DNA from: Candidatus Kaiserbacteria bacterium
GTDB taxonomy: Bacteria > Patescibacteriota > Minisyncoccia > Phycocordibacterales > UBA2100
Assembly (NCBI GenBank): GCA_023267655.1
Contig: JAHFMV010000003.1
Location: 16,522 to 80,521, forward strand
DNA: 64,000 nt
Direction: 5' to 3'
Under the pieces are notes generated by a model. That model was not told the DNA's origin, did not search any database, and saw only the letters and a list, made by a program, of their open reading frames with translations. Of this stretch, positions 9,743 to 19,492 are shown piece by piece (the stretch's first letter is position 1; the number at the start of each line of letters is the position of its first letter). Made by a program: the position numbers and the translations under genes.

Positions 9743-10630
9743 TTAATCCAGCGAATAGCGACGCCAAATTTTGCGCAGGAGCCAAAGGACAAACAAGATG
9801 AGGATGAGATAGAACGCGTAGATGTTTCCGAAAACAAACGAACCGGCTTTGTAGGCGTAGCTCTTGGCGGCCGCAAGGATGCCGCTCGGGTTTTTCAAAA
9901 TGTCAGCGTTCGTCGTTGATCCAAAGCCGCTCACGTCCCCTTTCGATTTCGCATCGAAATAGTCTTTTCCTTTTGCGCGCAACGATTCGGTGGTCTGAAA
10001 CACGTTGCTGCCGGTCGATTTGGCGATATTGGTTGCCTGATCGACGTAGCCGTTTGCATTCGTCGTGGCCGCGCCCGCGACAGCGGGCGCGGCCACAGGC
10101 GCATCCGCAACGAACGGATTCGTCCCATTTTTAATTTCCACGCTATCCGGCACGCCGTCGTTATCGTCATCGGGATCCGTTGCATCCGGAATCCCATCGC
10201 GATCATTATCAGGATCGACAACGAGTGTTTCCGATGATTTTATTTCTTCCGCGATCGCGATCGTTTGTTCTTTGCCGCCCTGCATCACCGTCACTTTGGA
10301 AATCTTTGCAGATATTTTGTGTGAACCTTTCGCAGGAACCGTGGAAACTGCGACAACGGCACCGCCAACATCACTGGATAGAGAAAAATCCGCACTTCCA
10401 ATGACCGCGCTATCCGCAAAAAATGTCACCGTCCCGTGTGCACTCTCCGCATCTTTTTTCATGACGACCGTCGATACCTGAACAGACTTCCCTTCCGTAA
10501 TATGCGTCGACGAGAGCCAGAGCGGCGCTGTCGCAAACGAAACGAGTTCATCGGCGTGTACATACAACGCACAACAAAACACAAGGCCAAACGACACGGC
10601 AAACAAGCAGGCTCCTTTGATCCATTGCAT
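9743..10630 (-). CDS. secreted, membrane-anchored protein with thrombospondin-3-like Ca-binding repeats
   Basis: Signal peptide from MQWIKG, DPDNDRDGIPDATDPDDDNDGVPD, C-terminal TM helix. Confidence 0.75.
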   Translation of the reverse strand: MQWIKGACLFAVSFGLVFCCALYVHADELVSFATAPLWLSSTHITEGKSVQVSTVVMKKDAESAHGTVTFFADSAVIGSADFSLSSDVGGAVVAVSTVPAKGSHKISAKISKVTVMQGGKEQTIAIAEEIKSSETLVVDPDNDRDGIPDATDPDDDNDGVPDSVEIKNGTNPFVADAPVAAPAVAGAATTNANGYVDQATNIAKSTGSNVFQTTESLRAKGKDYFDAKSKGDVSGFGSTTNADILKNPSGILAAAKSYAYKAGSFVFGNIYAFYLILILFVLWLLRKIWRRYSLD

Positions 10631-10727
10631 CTCTCTTATTGTATCCGACAAATATTGACGAATTCCCCAAAAGCAGTAGTCTCTCGGGTAGACTTGCCTG
10701 CGTATCCTGCAACCAGGGGAGACTACG

Positions 10728-11315
10728 ATGAACCCGAAGATCGAACGTGGAACTGCTTTGCACACTCTGCTTTTCGTCCTTGGCCCGTTTCAAGGCGGAA
10801 AGCCGGTGTGGAAATGTCTCGTCAAGCTGATGGTGCTCATTGCAGCGATCTGGGTGGTCGCGACGTGGTGGCTGTTCTCATTCTTGAGGCTGCTTCGCGT
10901 TCTTGGCGCCTGCGCCACCGGCCCTTTCTGTACGGGCCACTGGTACACGTGGTCATGGCGTTACATTGTCGGGCTAGAAACAAAGTTCGACTGGTGGAAA
11001 TCCTGCGAGCCAATCGCCGCGTATCAAAAATCGTGGTGGCCGAAAGAGAAAGGCAAGGCGTGGCCACCGGCATTTGCACTGTTCATGTGCTTCCTCGCAA
11101 TCTTCTGGGCGTTCTTTACTTCACTCGGCGTGTGTGAGATCTACTTAACCGGCTCGATCGATATCGTGTCGGGAACGATCTGGTGCATGAATGTCTCACT
11201 TATCCTGACTTGCGGAATATTCGTCTTACCGTGGACGTCATGGGTGCTCACGATAGTGGGACCAATCGTTTCGAGAAAAGAAATCATTTGCCCCAAAGTA
11301 AGCGTAGACGCCTAA
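10728..11315 (+). CDS. hypothetical membrane protein
   Basis: 195 aa, Trp/Cys-rich with several TM segments; GGGGAG SD; hairpin at 11322-11349. Confidence 0.6.
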   Translation: MNPKIERGTALHTLLFVLGPFQGGKPVWKCLVKLMVLIAAIWVVATWWLFSFLRLLRVLGACATGPFCTGHWYTWSWRYIVGLETKFDWWKSCEPIAAYQKSWWPKEKGKAWPPAFALFMCFLAIFWAFFTSLGVCEIYLTGSIDIVSGTIWCMNVSLILTCGIFVLPWTSWVLTIVGPIVSRKEIICPKVSVDA

Positions 11316-11515
11316 GTGGCGCGGGCGCGACCGGTTCCCGGTCGCGCCCTTCAATTTTTGTTGACATCTACAATGAGGCGTGTATACTCCTTCCTACAGC
11401 TGCATACAGCGATGTATTCAGTCCGGCGAGAGCCGGACGTTTTTAATAAACAGCTGTGCATTAGTATTATTGAATTAACCTATTGGCTATACCCTAGTGG
11501 CTAATTACTATCCCT

Positions 11516-12763
11516 ATGGCTCTCTTTGACCTCAAAACACTCAACGCCGCGCTCGACGAGCTGCAGGCGGAAAAAGGTATTTCGCGCGCAAGCGTTGTCG
11601 AAGCGATCGCAACGGCGCTCGCTGCCGCGTATCGCCGCGAATACGGCAAGCGTGGACAAATCATCCGCGCAACATTTAATCCCGAGACGGGCGACTTGGA
11701 ATTTCGCCAGGCGAAAATCGTCGTCGACAATACTCTCGTTCGCCAAGAAGACGAGGAGCCAACATCAGATGAAGACCACCGTTCACGCTTCAACCCCGAA
11801 CAGCACATCATGATCGAGGACGCGCGTCGCATTAAGAAAGACGCAGCACTCGACGAAGAAATTTCCTTCCCGCTTGAATCACAAGAAGAATTCGGCCGCA
11901 TCGCCGCGCAAGCCGCAAAACAAGTCGTGATGCAGAAAATCCGCGAAGCGGAACGTGCATCCATCATCAATGAATACGGTGAACGCGAAGGCGAGATCGT
12001 CACCGGCCACGTGCAGCGCTTTGAACGCGGCAATCTGTACATCGACCTCGGTCGTGCGACAGCTGTGCTTCCGTACGACGAACAAATCCCGGGCGAACGG
12101 TATCGCCAAGGCGAGCGCGTGCGCGCACTTCTCCTTCGTGTTGATGAAGGTGTTCGCGGTACCTTCATCCGCCTTTCCCGCTCGCATCCAAAATTCCTCA
12201 CGAAACTTTTTGAGACTGAAGTGCCGGAACTCGCAAACCAGATTCTCGAAGTGAAAGGTGTCGTCCGCGAACCGGGTTCGCGCGCAAAAATCGCGGTACA
12301 TTCGAAAGACGAACATGTTGATCCTGTCGGCGCGCTTGTGGGACAGCGCGGCGTGCGTGTTGCTGTTGTCACGTCAGAACTCGGTGGCGAAAAAATCGAC
12401 GTCGTCGAATGGTCTGAAAAGGCAGGCGACTTTGTGAAAGAAGCACTCAAGCCCGCACAGGTCATGGACATCGAATTGAATGAGGATGAAAATCGCGCGA
12501 CGGTCACCGTCGCCGAAGATCAGCAATCACTCGCGATCGGCCGCGGCGGACAAAACGTCCGCCTCGCCGCACGTCTCACCGGATGGAAAATCGACATCCG
12601 CTCTGCGGGTGGCGAAAAGTCTGTCGAAGAACCAAAACCGGATGTGCCGGTTGAAGCGGAAACGACTGAAGAAAAAGCCACTGAAGGCGAGGAACTTACG
12701 AATCCCGAAGGCCAAGAAGATCGCGACATCCCGTCGGCCAAAGTTGAAGACGAGCAGAAATAG
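11516..12763 (+). CDS. nusA: transcription termination/antitermination factor NusA
   Basis: FGRIAAQAAKQV, S1 domain, SRSHPKFL, REPGSRAKIAV, SLAIGRGGQNVRLAARLTGWKIDI. Confidence 0.98.
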   Translation: MALFDLKTLNAALDELQAEKGISRASVVEAIATALAAAYRREYGKRGQIIRATFNPETGDLEFRQAKIVVDNTLVRQEDEEPTSDEDHRSRFNPEQHIMIEDARRIKKDAALDEEISFPLESQEEFGRIAAQAAKQVVMQKIREAERASIINEYGEREGEIVTGHVQRFERGNLYIDLGRATAVLPYDEQIPGERYRQGERVRALLLRVDEGVRGTFIRLSRSHPKFLTKLFETEVPELANQILEVKGVVREPGSRAKIAVHSKDEHVDPVGALVGQRGVRVAVVTSELGGEKIDVVEWSEKAGDFVKEALKPAQVMDIELNEDENRATVTVAEDQQSLAIGRGGQNVRLAARLTGWKIDIRSAGGEKSVEEPKPDVPVEAETTEEKATEGEELTNPEGQEDRDIPSAKVEDEQK

Positions 12764-12767
12764 TTGA

Positions 12768-12975
12768 ATTTCAAAACCGACGCCGCGGAAAAGTGTCCGC
12801 TCGCGGCGCTCGGCGGTGTTCCTCCCACCCGAACACGAACTGATCAACGGATCGAATATCACATCTACTACTGTACGTCATCACGTATTGTTATTTGCTG
12901 CGCGATGTTCTCTGGGAGGAATACCGCCTATCGCCGTCTCGCTCCCTCTTCCGTCGGCGTTTGAGGTTTTGAAAT
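12768..12975. repeat. conserved structured element, copy 3 (reverse orientation) within a long irregular hairpin
   Basis: Core 12827-12913 is the reverse complement of copies 1 and 2; stem GGCGGTGTTCCTCCCA/TGGGAGGAATACCGCC; outer ATTTCAAAACC/GGTTTTGAAAT. Confidence 0.85.
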
Positions 12976-13094
12976 ACGATTTGAAAAAAGTTTCAGCGGC
13001 GCCACGTTGACGCGCGGCTCCGCTGTTTTGGTTGTGCTGTTTGCGATCGTATGCAAGACTAAAGGCAGTTTGAACCACTCGGAGAGCTTTAGCC

Positions 13095-13271
13095 ATGAAA
13101 GGCAATCGCGCGTTCAGAGAATCGCAAAGAGCGGCAGAGGCCGCATCCAATGCCCGTGCAGAGGAGATTATGCGCAGAAGTCCAGTTGCTCGTGCGTATT
13201 ATGAGACGATCATGGCAACGTGTACGTCTGACAAGCGACGTAAGCAAAAGAAGAAAAAAGCACCTCGATGA
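13095..13271 (+). CDS. putative small basic protein (58 aa)
   Basis: Below ORF-track cutoff: MKGNRAFRESQRAAEAASNARAEE...KKKKAPR; GGAG upstream; ends inside a terminator. Confidence 0.4.
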   Translation: MKGNRAFRESQRAAEAASNARAEEIMRRSPVARAYYETIMATCTSDKRRKQKKKKAPR

Positions 13272-13281
13272 GGTGCTTTTT
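13254..13281. terminator. bidirectional terminator
   Basis: AAAAAAGCACCTCGATGAGGTGCTTTTT between convergent ORFs. Confidence 0.75.
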
Positions 13282-13810
13282 ATTGCTTCCCAAACCGCTC
13301 AATGCACTCTTTGATGACTGCAACCGCTTCGTCCGGCCCACCATAGCCCAATACCTTCGTCGTTCCTTTCTTTTTCAAATCTTTGTACGTATTAAAGTGA
13401 TATTCCATTTTGTTTTTCCACTGCTCGCCCAAGTCATCAAGCGATTTGATGCGGTTCCCGCTATCTCGTTCGTCCGTCGGCACACAGATGATCTTGTGAT
13501 CTTTCTCGCCGTCGTCCTCAAAATTCAAGACACCGAGGATCTTAGCCTTCACCACAACACCCATCGGGAGCGGCTCAGGTGAGACGATGAGCGTATCGAG
13601 TTCGTCGCCGTCTTCATCACGCGTACCTGGAATGAAACCGTAATTCGAGGGTTTGGCAAAAATCGCCGGTTCGACGCGATCGAGTTCAAAGGTCGCCTTC
13701 TCGCGGTTGTATTCGATCTTAAGAATGGACTTCTCCGGAATCTCGATGACGGTGTTGATCGTACGAGCATCCAAATCTCCCGGGGTATAGAGTTTATTGT
13801 AGTCAGTCAT
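13280..13810 (-). CDS. ppa: inorganic pyrophosphatase (family I)
   Basis: VIEIP, NYGFIPGT, DGDELD, DDGEKDHKIICV. Confidence 0.95.
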   Translation of the reverse strand: MTDYNKLYTPGDLDARTINTVIEIPEKSILKIEYNREKATFELDRVEPAIFAKPSNYGFIPGTRDEDGDELDTLIVSPEPLPMGVVVKAKILGVLNFEDDGEKDHKIICVPTDERDSGNRIKSLDDLGEQWKNKMEYHFNTYKDLKKKGTTKVLGYGGPDEAVAVIKECIERFGKQ

Positions 13811-13884
13811 GCGTTCAGTATAACGAGATACCGTAGTAAATCAACAAAAGTATAAGGGCGCGACGTTGCCGTCGCGCCACTCTT

Positions 13885-14253
13885 TCACCGCACGCGGAAC
13901 CGGATGTGTGATTCACCGTTCAGCACCGCGTGCTTGTCAAAACCCAGAGACCCCTTGTACGTGCTCCAGACCCACGCGCGGAGTATGTCGTTCAGTCGGG
14001 TGTCGGTAAAAACAGCGCCTCCTAGTTCCCCATCGAACTTCAGGGTGAATGACGGCTCGTTTTTGTTACGAGCAAGCACCGCCCGCTCGTCTATCTCGAC
14101 CCTTGCGCCATCAAGCGCTTGTTCGATGAGTCGCTTGCGCAATTGACGCTCTCGCAATTGCTCTATCGATGCGGGCACATAGTCCCCCAACTCACTCTCA
14201 TCGACCGTGCGTTCCTGCCTCTGTTGCCTCATGACAATACTCCCGGTTGCCAA
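13885..14253 (-). CDS. hypothetical protein
   Basis: 122-aa ORF filling the gap, hairpin at 13857-13878 downstream; start uncertain. Confidence 0.55.
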   Translation of the reverse strand: MATGSIVMRQQRQERTVDESELGDYVPASIEQLRERQLRKRLIEQALDGARVEIDERAVLARNKNEPSFTLKFDGELGGAVFTDTRLNDILRAWVWSTYKGSLGFDKHAVLNGESHIRFRVR

Positions 14254-14359
14254 CCTCTACCGTCTTTCTAACATCAAACAACCTGATGAAGCAAATCGAG
14301 TAAGTTATGCACAGCAGGCCGGTCGGCCACGGGGCCGACCGGCCTTATGCTATACGCAT

Positions 14360-15118
14360 ATGTCAAATTACACCGTAGCCACTTTCTTATCAGCCGCTAT
14401 TCTCTCATTACTCCTCACCGTGCCGTTTTCTCTTGCGCACGCCGAAGACGTCTCTGTTGATGCAAACGCGGGAGCGCCCCTCCCCCCAGGTCCTTTGCGC
14501 CCGTTGGATATTTTAAAAATGAAACTGAACGCGGCGGCGCATGGTGCAAAAGACGAAAAGACCCAACTGCGTGTGGACACGAAAATCCAACTTCAGAACG
14601 CGAGTACGTCTGGCGAGAAACATGACATCCGTGTGGACGCGCTCGGCGAGCGCAAAGATATTGCAAAAGATCGCTTCGCCTCGACGACACAGGCGATCAG
14701 CCAATTCAAAATGATGGTGCGTATCCATGGCGGCCTGATCAGACAGCGCTTTGTGATCGCGATCAACCAGCTGGAAAACCTCCTCGCCCGCATACAGACG
14801 CGACTCGATAAGATGCAGGCGGCGGGCGTGGACGTGACTGCGGTCGTTGCGCTGAAAGTAGATGCGCAAGCGGCGAGTGACAAGGCGAAAGCTGATGGGA
14901 AGGCCGTTGCGGATTTCATTGCGAATGTGAGCGACACCGATGATCGCGCAACGGTGAAGACCGCTCTCGAAACGAAGATCAAAACCGCACAAGCATCCAT
15001 AAAAGCCGCGCACGAGGCCGTGATGAAAGTAGTCCGTGCGCTGGTACAACTCGCGAAAGATAACAAGGACAAACTCAAGGTCGAGAGCGATGTTTCCGCT
15101 ACCACTTCTGTGCAATAA
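14360..15118 (+). CDS. secreted coiled-coil protein
   Basis: Signal peptide ending AHA|E, Ala/Lys-rich helical body. Confidence 0.75.
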   Translation: MSNYTVATFLSAAILSLLLTVPFSLAHAEDVSVDANAGAPLPPGPLRPLDILKMKLNAAAHGAKDEKTQLRVDTKIQLQNASTSGEKHDIRVDALGERKDIAKDRFASTTQAISQFKMMVRIHGGLIRQRFVIAINQLENLLARIQTRLDKMQAAGVDVTAVVALKVDAQAASDKAKADGKAVADFIANVSDTDDRATVKTALETKIKTAQASIKAAHEAVMKVVRALVQLAKDNKDKLKVESDVSATTSVQ

Positions 15119-15124
15119 TGTATT

Positions 15125-15158
15125 CACCTAGAACCTAGTCCCTAGAACCTAACACCTA
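15125..15158. repeat. solo 7-bp repeat arm (TAGAACC type)
   Basis: CACCTAGAACCTAGTCCCTAGAACCTAACACCTA. Confidence 0.7.
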
Positions 15159-15163
15159 TCTTT

Positions 15164-15550
15164 ATGGATCCACTCAACACAAGTCCCATTGCATCCGGCA
15201 GCCAAATGCCCGTACCGCCGATGTCGAATCGAGGCGGCCAGGAAGTGCCGCAGCCCGAACATCCGAAAAAGTCGGTCGGCCCTGTCGCCGGCGCCGTTAT
15301 TGTCATTCTTCTTCTGGTCGCCGGCGGTCTCTACTTCTGGGGCGCACAGCTGAACAATCAACAGCAACCGTCTCCGTATATTCCGTCGAATGATACGCCG
15401 CAGCCTGCCGTTGATCCGACGAGCGACTCCGGCGCGGGCTTGCCGCCGCAGAGTTCTTCGGATGACGTGAGCTCAATCCAGGCGGATGCCAGCGCAATGA
15501 ATACAGATCAATTGAACGCGCAGAACGGTACGGAGTTAAACGGCATTTAA
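15164..15550 (+). CDS. single-pass membrane protein
   Basis: KKSVGPVAGAVIVILLLVAGGLYFWG TM segment with low-complexity flanks. Confidence 0.75.
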   Translation: MDPLNTSPIASGSQMPVPPMSNRGGQEVPQPEHPKKSVGPVAGAVIVILLLVAGGLYFWGAQLNNQQQPSPYIPSNDTPQPAVDPTSDSGAGLPPQSSSDDVSSIQADASAMNTDQLNAQNGTELNGI

Positions 15551-15611
15551 TATTCCCCACAGCCGTCGGCCGCCTCTGGCGGCCGACGGCTTTTGCTTGT
15601 AGTATCTCGCC

Positions 15612-16679
15612 ATGTCCAAACCAACCATCACCCGCGATGAAAAAGCATGGGAACTTGCCATCAAGGGCGAAATCGCGCCTGAGAAAATAGCCGAACATCG
15701 CACACACGTGATCGCGCACCTAAAGAAAGACGCGCAGCTCCCCGGCTTTCGTCCCGGCAAAGCCCCCGAAGACGCGGTTGTCAAAGCCGTCGGCGAAGAG
15801 AGAATCATGCACGAAACCATCGAACACGCGATCCAGCACGATCTGCCGGAAATTCTCGCGGGCGAGAGCGTGAACATCATCGCCTCCCCCAAAGTCATCG
15901 TGGAGAGCGCACCAAAGAGCTTCCCCGCGACAGAGCCGATCATCTTTACGGCGCGAGCTCCGCTTGCGCCCGAAGTAAAACTCCCCGACTACAAAGCGAT
16001 CGCCAAAAAGCATACGGAATCAAAAACAGAAGTTACCGTCACCGACGATGAACACCAGCAGACAATGACGCATCTCAAGCGCGAACGTGCACGCATCACG
16101 AAAGTCGAACTCGGCGCGACGCCGCAAGAAGCCGCAGAACAAGCGCAGAAGATGGAAGAGAAAGATCTTCCGGCGCTCGACGATGAATTCGTCAAAACTC
16201 TCGGTTACGAATCGCTCGAAAAATTCACCGAATCAGTGAAGGCAAATATTAAAACGGAAAAAGAAATGCGCGAGACGGAAAAACGCCGCGCGGCCATGCT
16301 CGACGAATTGATCGAGAAATCCAAGATCTCCTACCCCACCCTTCTTCTCGACTACGAGCTCGATGATATGGAGGCGCGCCTCAAACAAGATCTCGATCAT
16401 ATGAAAGTCACCTTCGAACGCTACCTTACGGAAACTAAAAAGACCGAAGAGGATTTACGAAATGAATGGAAGCCAGCCGCCGATAAACGCGCCAAGATGC
16501 GCCTCATCCTCTCCCACATCGCCATCGCCGAAAAAATCGACGCCGACACCGAGCGAGTCGAGCGCGAAGTAAAAAACGCCATCCAGCATTATCCCCAAAC
16601 CAACGAAGCAAACTTGAGAGCCCACATCACCCACGCCCTCCGCAATGAAGCGGTGATTACTTTTTTGGAGCAACAATAA
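15612..16679 (+). CDS. tig: trigger factor (short form, FKBP domain apparently absent)
   Basis: Ribosome-binding GFRPGKAP, LPALDDEFVK, C-terminal helical domain; upstream of clpP. Confidence 0.93.
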   Translation: MSKPTITRDEKAWELAIKGEIAPEKIAEHRTHVIAHLKKDAQLPGFRPGKAPEDAVVKAVGEERIMHETIEHAIQHDLPEILAGESVNIIASPKVIVESAPKSFPATEPIIFTARAPLAPEVKLPDYKAIAKKHTESKTEVTVTDDEHQQTMTHLKRERARITKVELGATPQEAAEQAQKMEEKDLPALDDEFVKTLGYESLEKFTESVKANIKTEKEMRETEKRRAAMLDELIEKSKISYPTLLLDYELDDMEARLKQDLDHMKVTFERYLTETKKTEEDLRNEWKPAADKRAKMRLILSHIAIAEKIDADTERVEREVKNAIQHYPQTNEANLRAHITHALRNEAVITFLEQQ

Positions 16680-16692
16680 TAGCCGCGAGGAT

Positions 16693-16947
16693 TCAAGAAA
16701 CCGCGCGTTCAAGGGCCCGTCGGATAAACCGCTGCGTTTTGATTCCCTCTTTTGCGGCCTTCTTTTTTACGCTTGCATACAGGTTTTCTGGTAGCCGCAC
16801 ACTCACCGCAAGCGACTTCGGCTCAAATTCAAAATGCACCCGCTTGAAGCCTGAAAGATCATATTCCGACAAGTCGGCTGTTTCCAGAAAGTGTTCGGCC
16901 TGCTCGTCTGACAAGAGGCGTGGTATTTTTTTGAGTTTTTTTGTCAT
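16693..16947 (-). CDS. BrnA/CopG-like antitoxin
   Basis: SDEQAEHFLETADLSEYD...VSVRLP...KTQRFIRRALE ribbon-helix-helix; 4-nt overlap with toxin. Confidence 0.85.
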   Translation of the reverse strand: MTKKLKKIPRLLSDEQAEHFLETADLSEYDLSGFKRVHFEFEPKSLAVSVRLPENLYASVKKKAAKEGIKTQRFIRRALERAVS

Positions 16948-17237
16948 AGTTTTTCAAAACGCTTAATTTCTTTCCTATGCATGTATCGCGCGCTTATAGG
17001 ACGAACAAGCATTATCCCGTCTCGCTCCCGATAAGTGAACACAACCGCGACATACCTGCCCTCGTAATTTTTACCGGCGGCAATCTGCCTATCCTCTGTT
17101 TCCGAATGCTTGAGATCGGGATAGATGGTCGGATCACGCAAGAAGAGAAACTCTATCTCGGCGATCGACACGCCGTGCTTCTCGCACTTCTTTGTATTGG
17201 CAGAATCCCAATCAAAGCCGTGCGCGCTTCCCTCCAT
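16944..17237 (-). CDS. brnT: BrnT family ribonuclease toxin
   Basis: FDWD..N..K..KHGVS, HSETEDR, VRPISARYMH. Confidence 0.9.
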   Translation of the reverse strand: MEGSAHGFDWDSANTKKCEKHGVSIAEIEFLFLRDPTIYPDLKHSETEDRQIAAGKNYEGRYVAVVFTYRERDGIMLVRPISARYMHRKEIKRFEKL

Positions 17238-17300
17238 CTACCCATACTACCAAATGTATATACAATTGTACATACACTTATCCACAACCGGTTTTCCCCC

Positions 17301-17365
17301 AGCCCACATCTCCCAACGCCCTCCGCAACGAGGCGGTCATTACGTTTCTTGAGACCCAAAAATAG
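17301..17365 (+). pseudogene. diverged duplicate of the tig 3' end
   Basis: Aligns to 16619-16682 with mostly synonymous substitutions and a 1-nt indel. Confidence 0.85.
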
Positions 17366-17440
17366 TTGTTGACGCGTGGCGAAAGAGTGCTATCTTCCAG
17401 GTGCGTCACACATCACGACGCTGGCACACAGGAGTTTACG

Positions 17441-17626
17441 ATGGCGAAGAAAAAGGTTCCACGCACCGCACAAGATACACAGCCTATCAAGGAGACACGC
17501 CCCCCGCGTGTGCGCCCGAGTACTGGTCACGGATCCGTCATCCACGGCAATGATCGCGGCAACCCACAAATCCAGGATGATTACTGTGGTTGGGGCGATG
17601 GAACATCAACTACCGAGGCCTTCTAG
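17441..17626 (+). CDS. small hypothetical protein
   Basis: MAKKKVPR..., AGGAG SD. Confidence 0.45.
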   Translation: MAKKKVPRTAQDTQPIKETRPPRVRPSTGHGSVIHGNDRGNPQIQDDYCGWGDGTSTTEAF

Positions 17627-17735
17627 CGAGAGATTCTGTGAGTATTCACCAAGCAGTTGGAGTCTTCACCTCCAACTGTTCTTTTTTATCCGCTAGAATG
17701 GCACCACAAAACCCGTTGTGATACTATGCCGTGGT

Positions 17736-18335
17736 ATGAAAAACACACCAATCACTGCGCAAATGTTAGTCCCGATGGTCATCGAGAAGTCCTCGATGGG
17801 CGAGCGAGCGTATGATATCTACTCGCGCCTCCTCAAGGAGCGCATCATCTTCCTCGGCGGCCCGATTAATGACGAAGTAGCAAACCTCGTCGTCGCGCAG
17901 ATGCTCTTCCTCGCTTCCGAAGATCCAAAGAAAGACATCTCCTTCTATATCAATAGCCCGGGCGGCCACGTCGCGGCGGGACTCGCGATCGTCGACACCA
18001 TGAACCACATCCAGCCGGATGTCTCGACCGTCTGCGTCGGTATGGCTGCATCGATGGGCGCCGTCCTGCTTTCCGCAGGCAAAAAGGGCAAGCGATTCGC
18101 GCTCCCAAACGCGGAAGTCATGATTCACCAGCCATCTGGCGGCGCGGAAGGCATGGCCTCGGATATCGAGATCACCGCCAAGCATATCCTTGCGACCCGC
18201 GAGCGCCTCAATAAGATGCTCGCAAAAAACAGCGGCCAAAAGCTTGAAAAGATAGAAAAAGACGTCGATCGCGACTTCTTCATGACCGCCGAGGAGTCCG
18301 TGAAATACGGGATTATCGACAAGGTGCTGGAGTAG
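17736..18335 (+). CDS. clpP: ATP-dependent Clp protease proteolytic subunit
   Basis: [37 protein letters not shown]. Confidence 0.98.
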   Translation: MKNTPITAQMLVPMVIEKSSMGERAYDIYSRLLKERIIFLGGPINDEVANLVVAQMLFLASEDPKKDISFYINSPGGHVAAGLAIVDTMNHIQPDVSTVCVGMAASMGAVLLSAGKKGKRFALPNAEVMIHQPSGGAEGMASDIEITAKHILATRERLNKMLAKNSGQKLEKIEKDVDRDFFMTAEESVKYGIIDKVLE

Positions 18336-19235
18336 CTAGTGCCTCAAACTGTCTTGGAGGGAACGCAATTGCCTCCCGATCTCAAACGCGACATTCATGA
18401 GCCCTACGCGCGCCGGTTGTGAGCTTCCGGCACGTGCCACGCCCTCTTGATACCGGCGTTTAAGCAACTCGGAAAGCGAAAGAAAACTATCGTCTTCTTC
18501 GTGCGAACCGGTCTCCCGCGAGCGTTTTACATGTTCAAGCGCGGTGTGATGCACGTCGACAATGCGGTCGGTAAACATCATGCCAATGATTCCGACAAAG
18601 CTCGCGTTCGCACGTCGCTGCGCAATGTTATCGCCTTCCATAGATTGCGGCATGTGCGCCTTCTTCAATTCACTCGCCGGCGGCGGATTAAATTCTCCAA
18701 TTGACGTATTGATGCCTCGAGCAGCCAGCTCTGCGACGATTTTCTCCGATTCCATCATTCGAATTGCTTGGCGCTCACGCCCAAGAGAAACGAGGGCTTC
18801 GTCTCGCGAAGCAAAACCAAGTGCATTCCAGCTATCGGCGAGACGCTCAACTGCCTTTGGTAGCATGTCTCGCACCTGGGCGGTATAGACATCCTCGTGG
18901 GTTGCACCAACCGCCTGTAACAATTTTCCGATGGGTTTGTATTCTGTCGTCACTTCCCCGGCCGCGTTGGAGAGTTCAGAAAATGGTATGCCCCCGGTGA
19001 GGCGTTTCGCAAGCAGCGCACTCGCTTCGAGACAAATGTGCTCAAGCTCTTTGGGTGCCTCGTCGACGAACGCCCCCATCTCGTTAAACGCTTCGCGTCC
19101 CTCGGCAGCGGCATACTTGGCGTAGTTCTCTTCGGGCGGAACACCGTTGGGGCCCAGTTCTTTCAGCATCTCGCGGAGACTTTCCTTGCGCCCTTCCTCT
19201 TTCGCCTTCGTGCCAAGTAGCCATTCAAGTGCCAT
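18336..19235 (-). CDS. hypothetical protein
   Basis: 299-aa ORF, TACGCT-N6-ATG upstream. Confidence 0.7.
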   Translation of the reverse strand: MALEWLLGTKAKEEGRKESLREMLKELGPNGVPPEENYAKYAAAEGREAFNEMGAFVDEAPKELEHICLEASALLAKRLTGGIPFSELSNAAGEVTTEYKPIGKLLQAVGATHEDVYTAQVRDMLPKAVERLADSWNALGFASRDEALVSLGRERQAIRMMESEKIVAELAARGINTSIGEFNPPPASELKKAHMPQSMEGDNIAQRRANASFVGIIGMMFTDRIVDVHHTALEHVKRSRETGSHEEDDSFLSLSELLKRRYQEGVARAGSSQPARVGLMNVAFEIGRQLRSLQDSLRH

Positions 19236-19492
19236 GCCTGAAGCGTATCACGGATCAAAAGCCGTACCCGGAAACTTGACGTATCCATGCCGACATTGGC
19301 TATCCATGTAGCAGAAAAAAGCTCTTCATGCTATAGTCGCGGTACACCTTACTAAAAAATATGTTGTCAATTTCTTCTACCGCGCACCTGAAAACGCATG
19401 AGATGTTTGCGAAAATCGGCTTATTTTCGAACGATAATGTTGTTTCTGTAATCAAGCTTGCGTAACAAGGTGCGTGGCTGAAGTCCACGCCT

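Noticed and set aside
11494-12507. Long antisense ORFs (e.g. opposite nusA, pilB, pnp)
   Set aside because: These are shadow frames of GC-rich codon usage opposite well-supported genes.
1028-12975. Repeated element as a CRISPR repeat or integron attC site
   Set aside because: Copies are kilobases apart with no regular spacers, there is no cas or intI gene, and no RYYYAAC/GTTRRRY ends.
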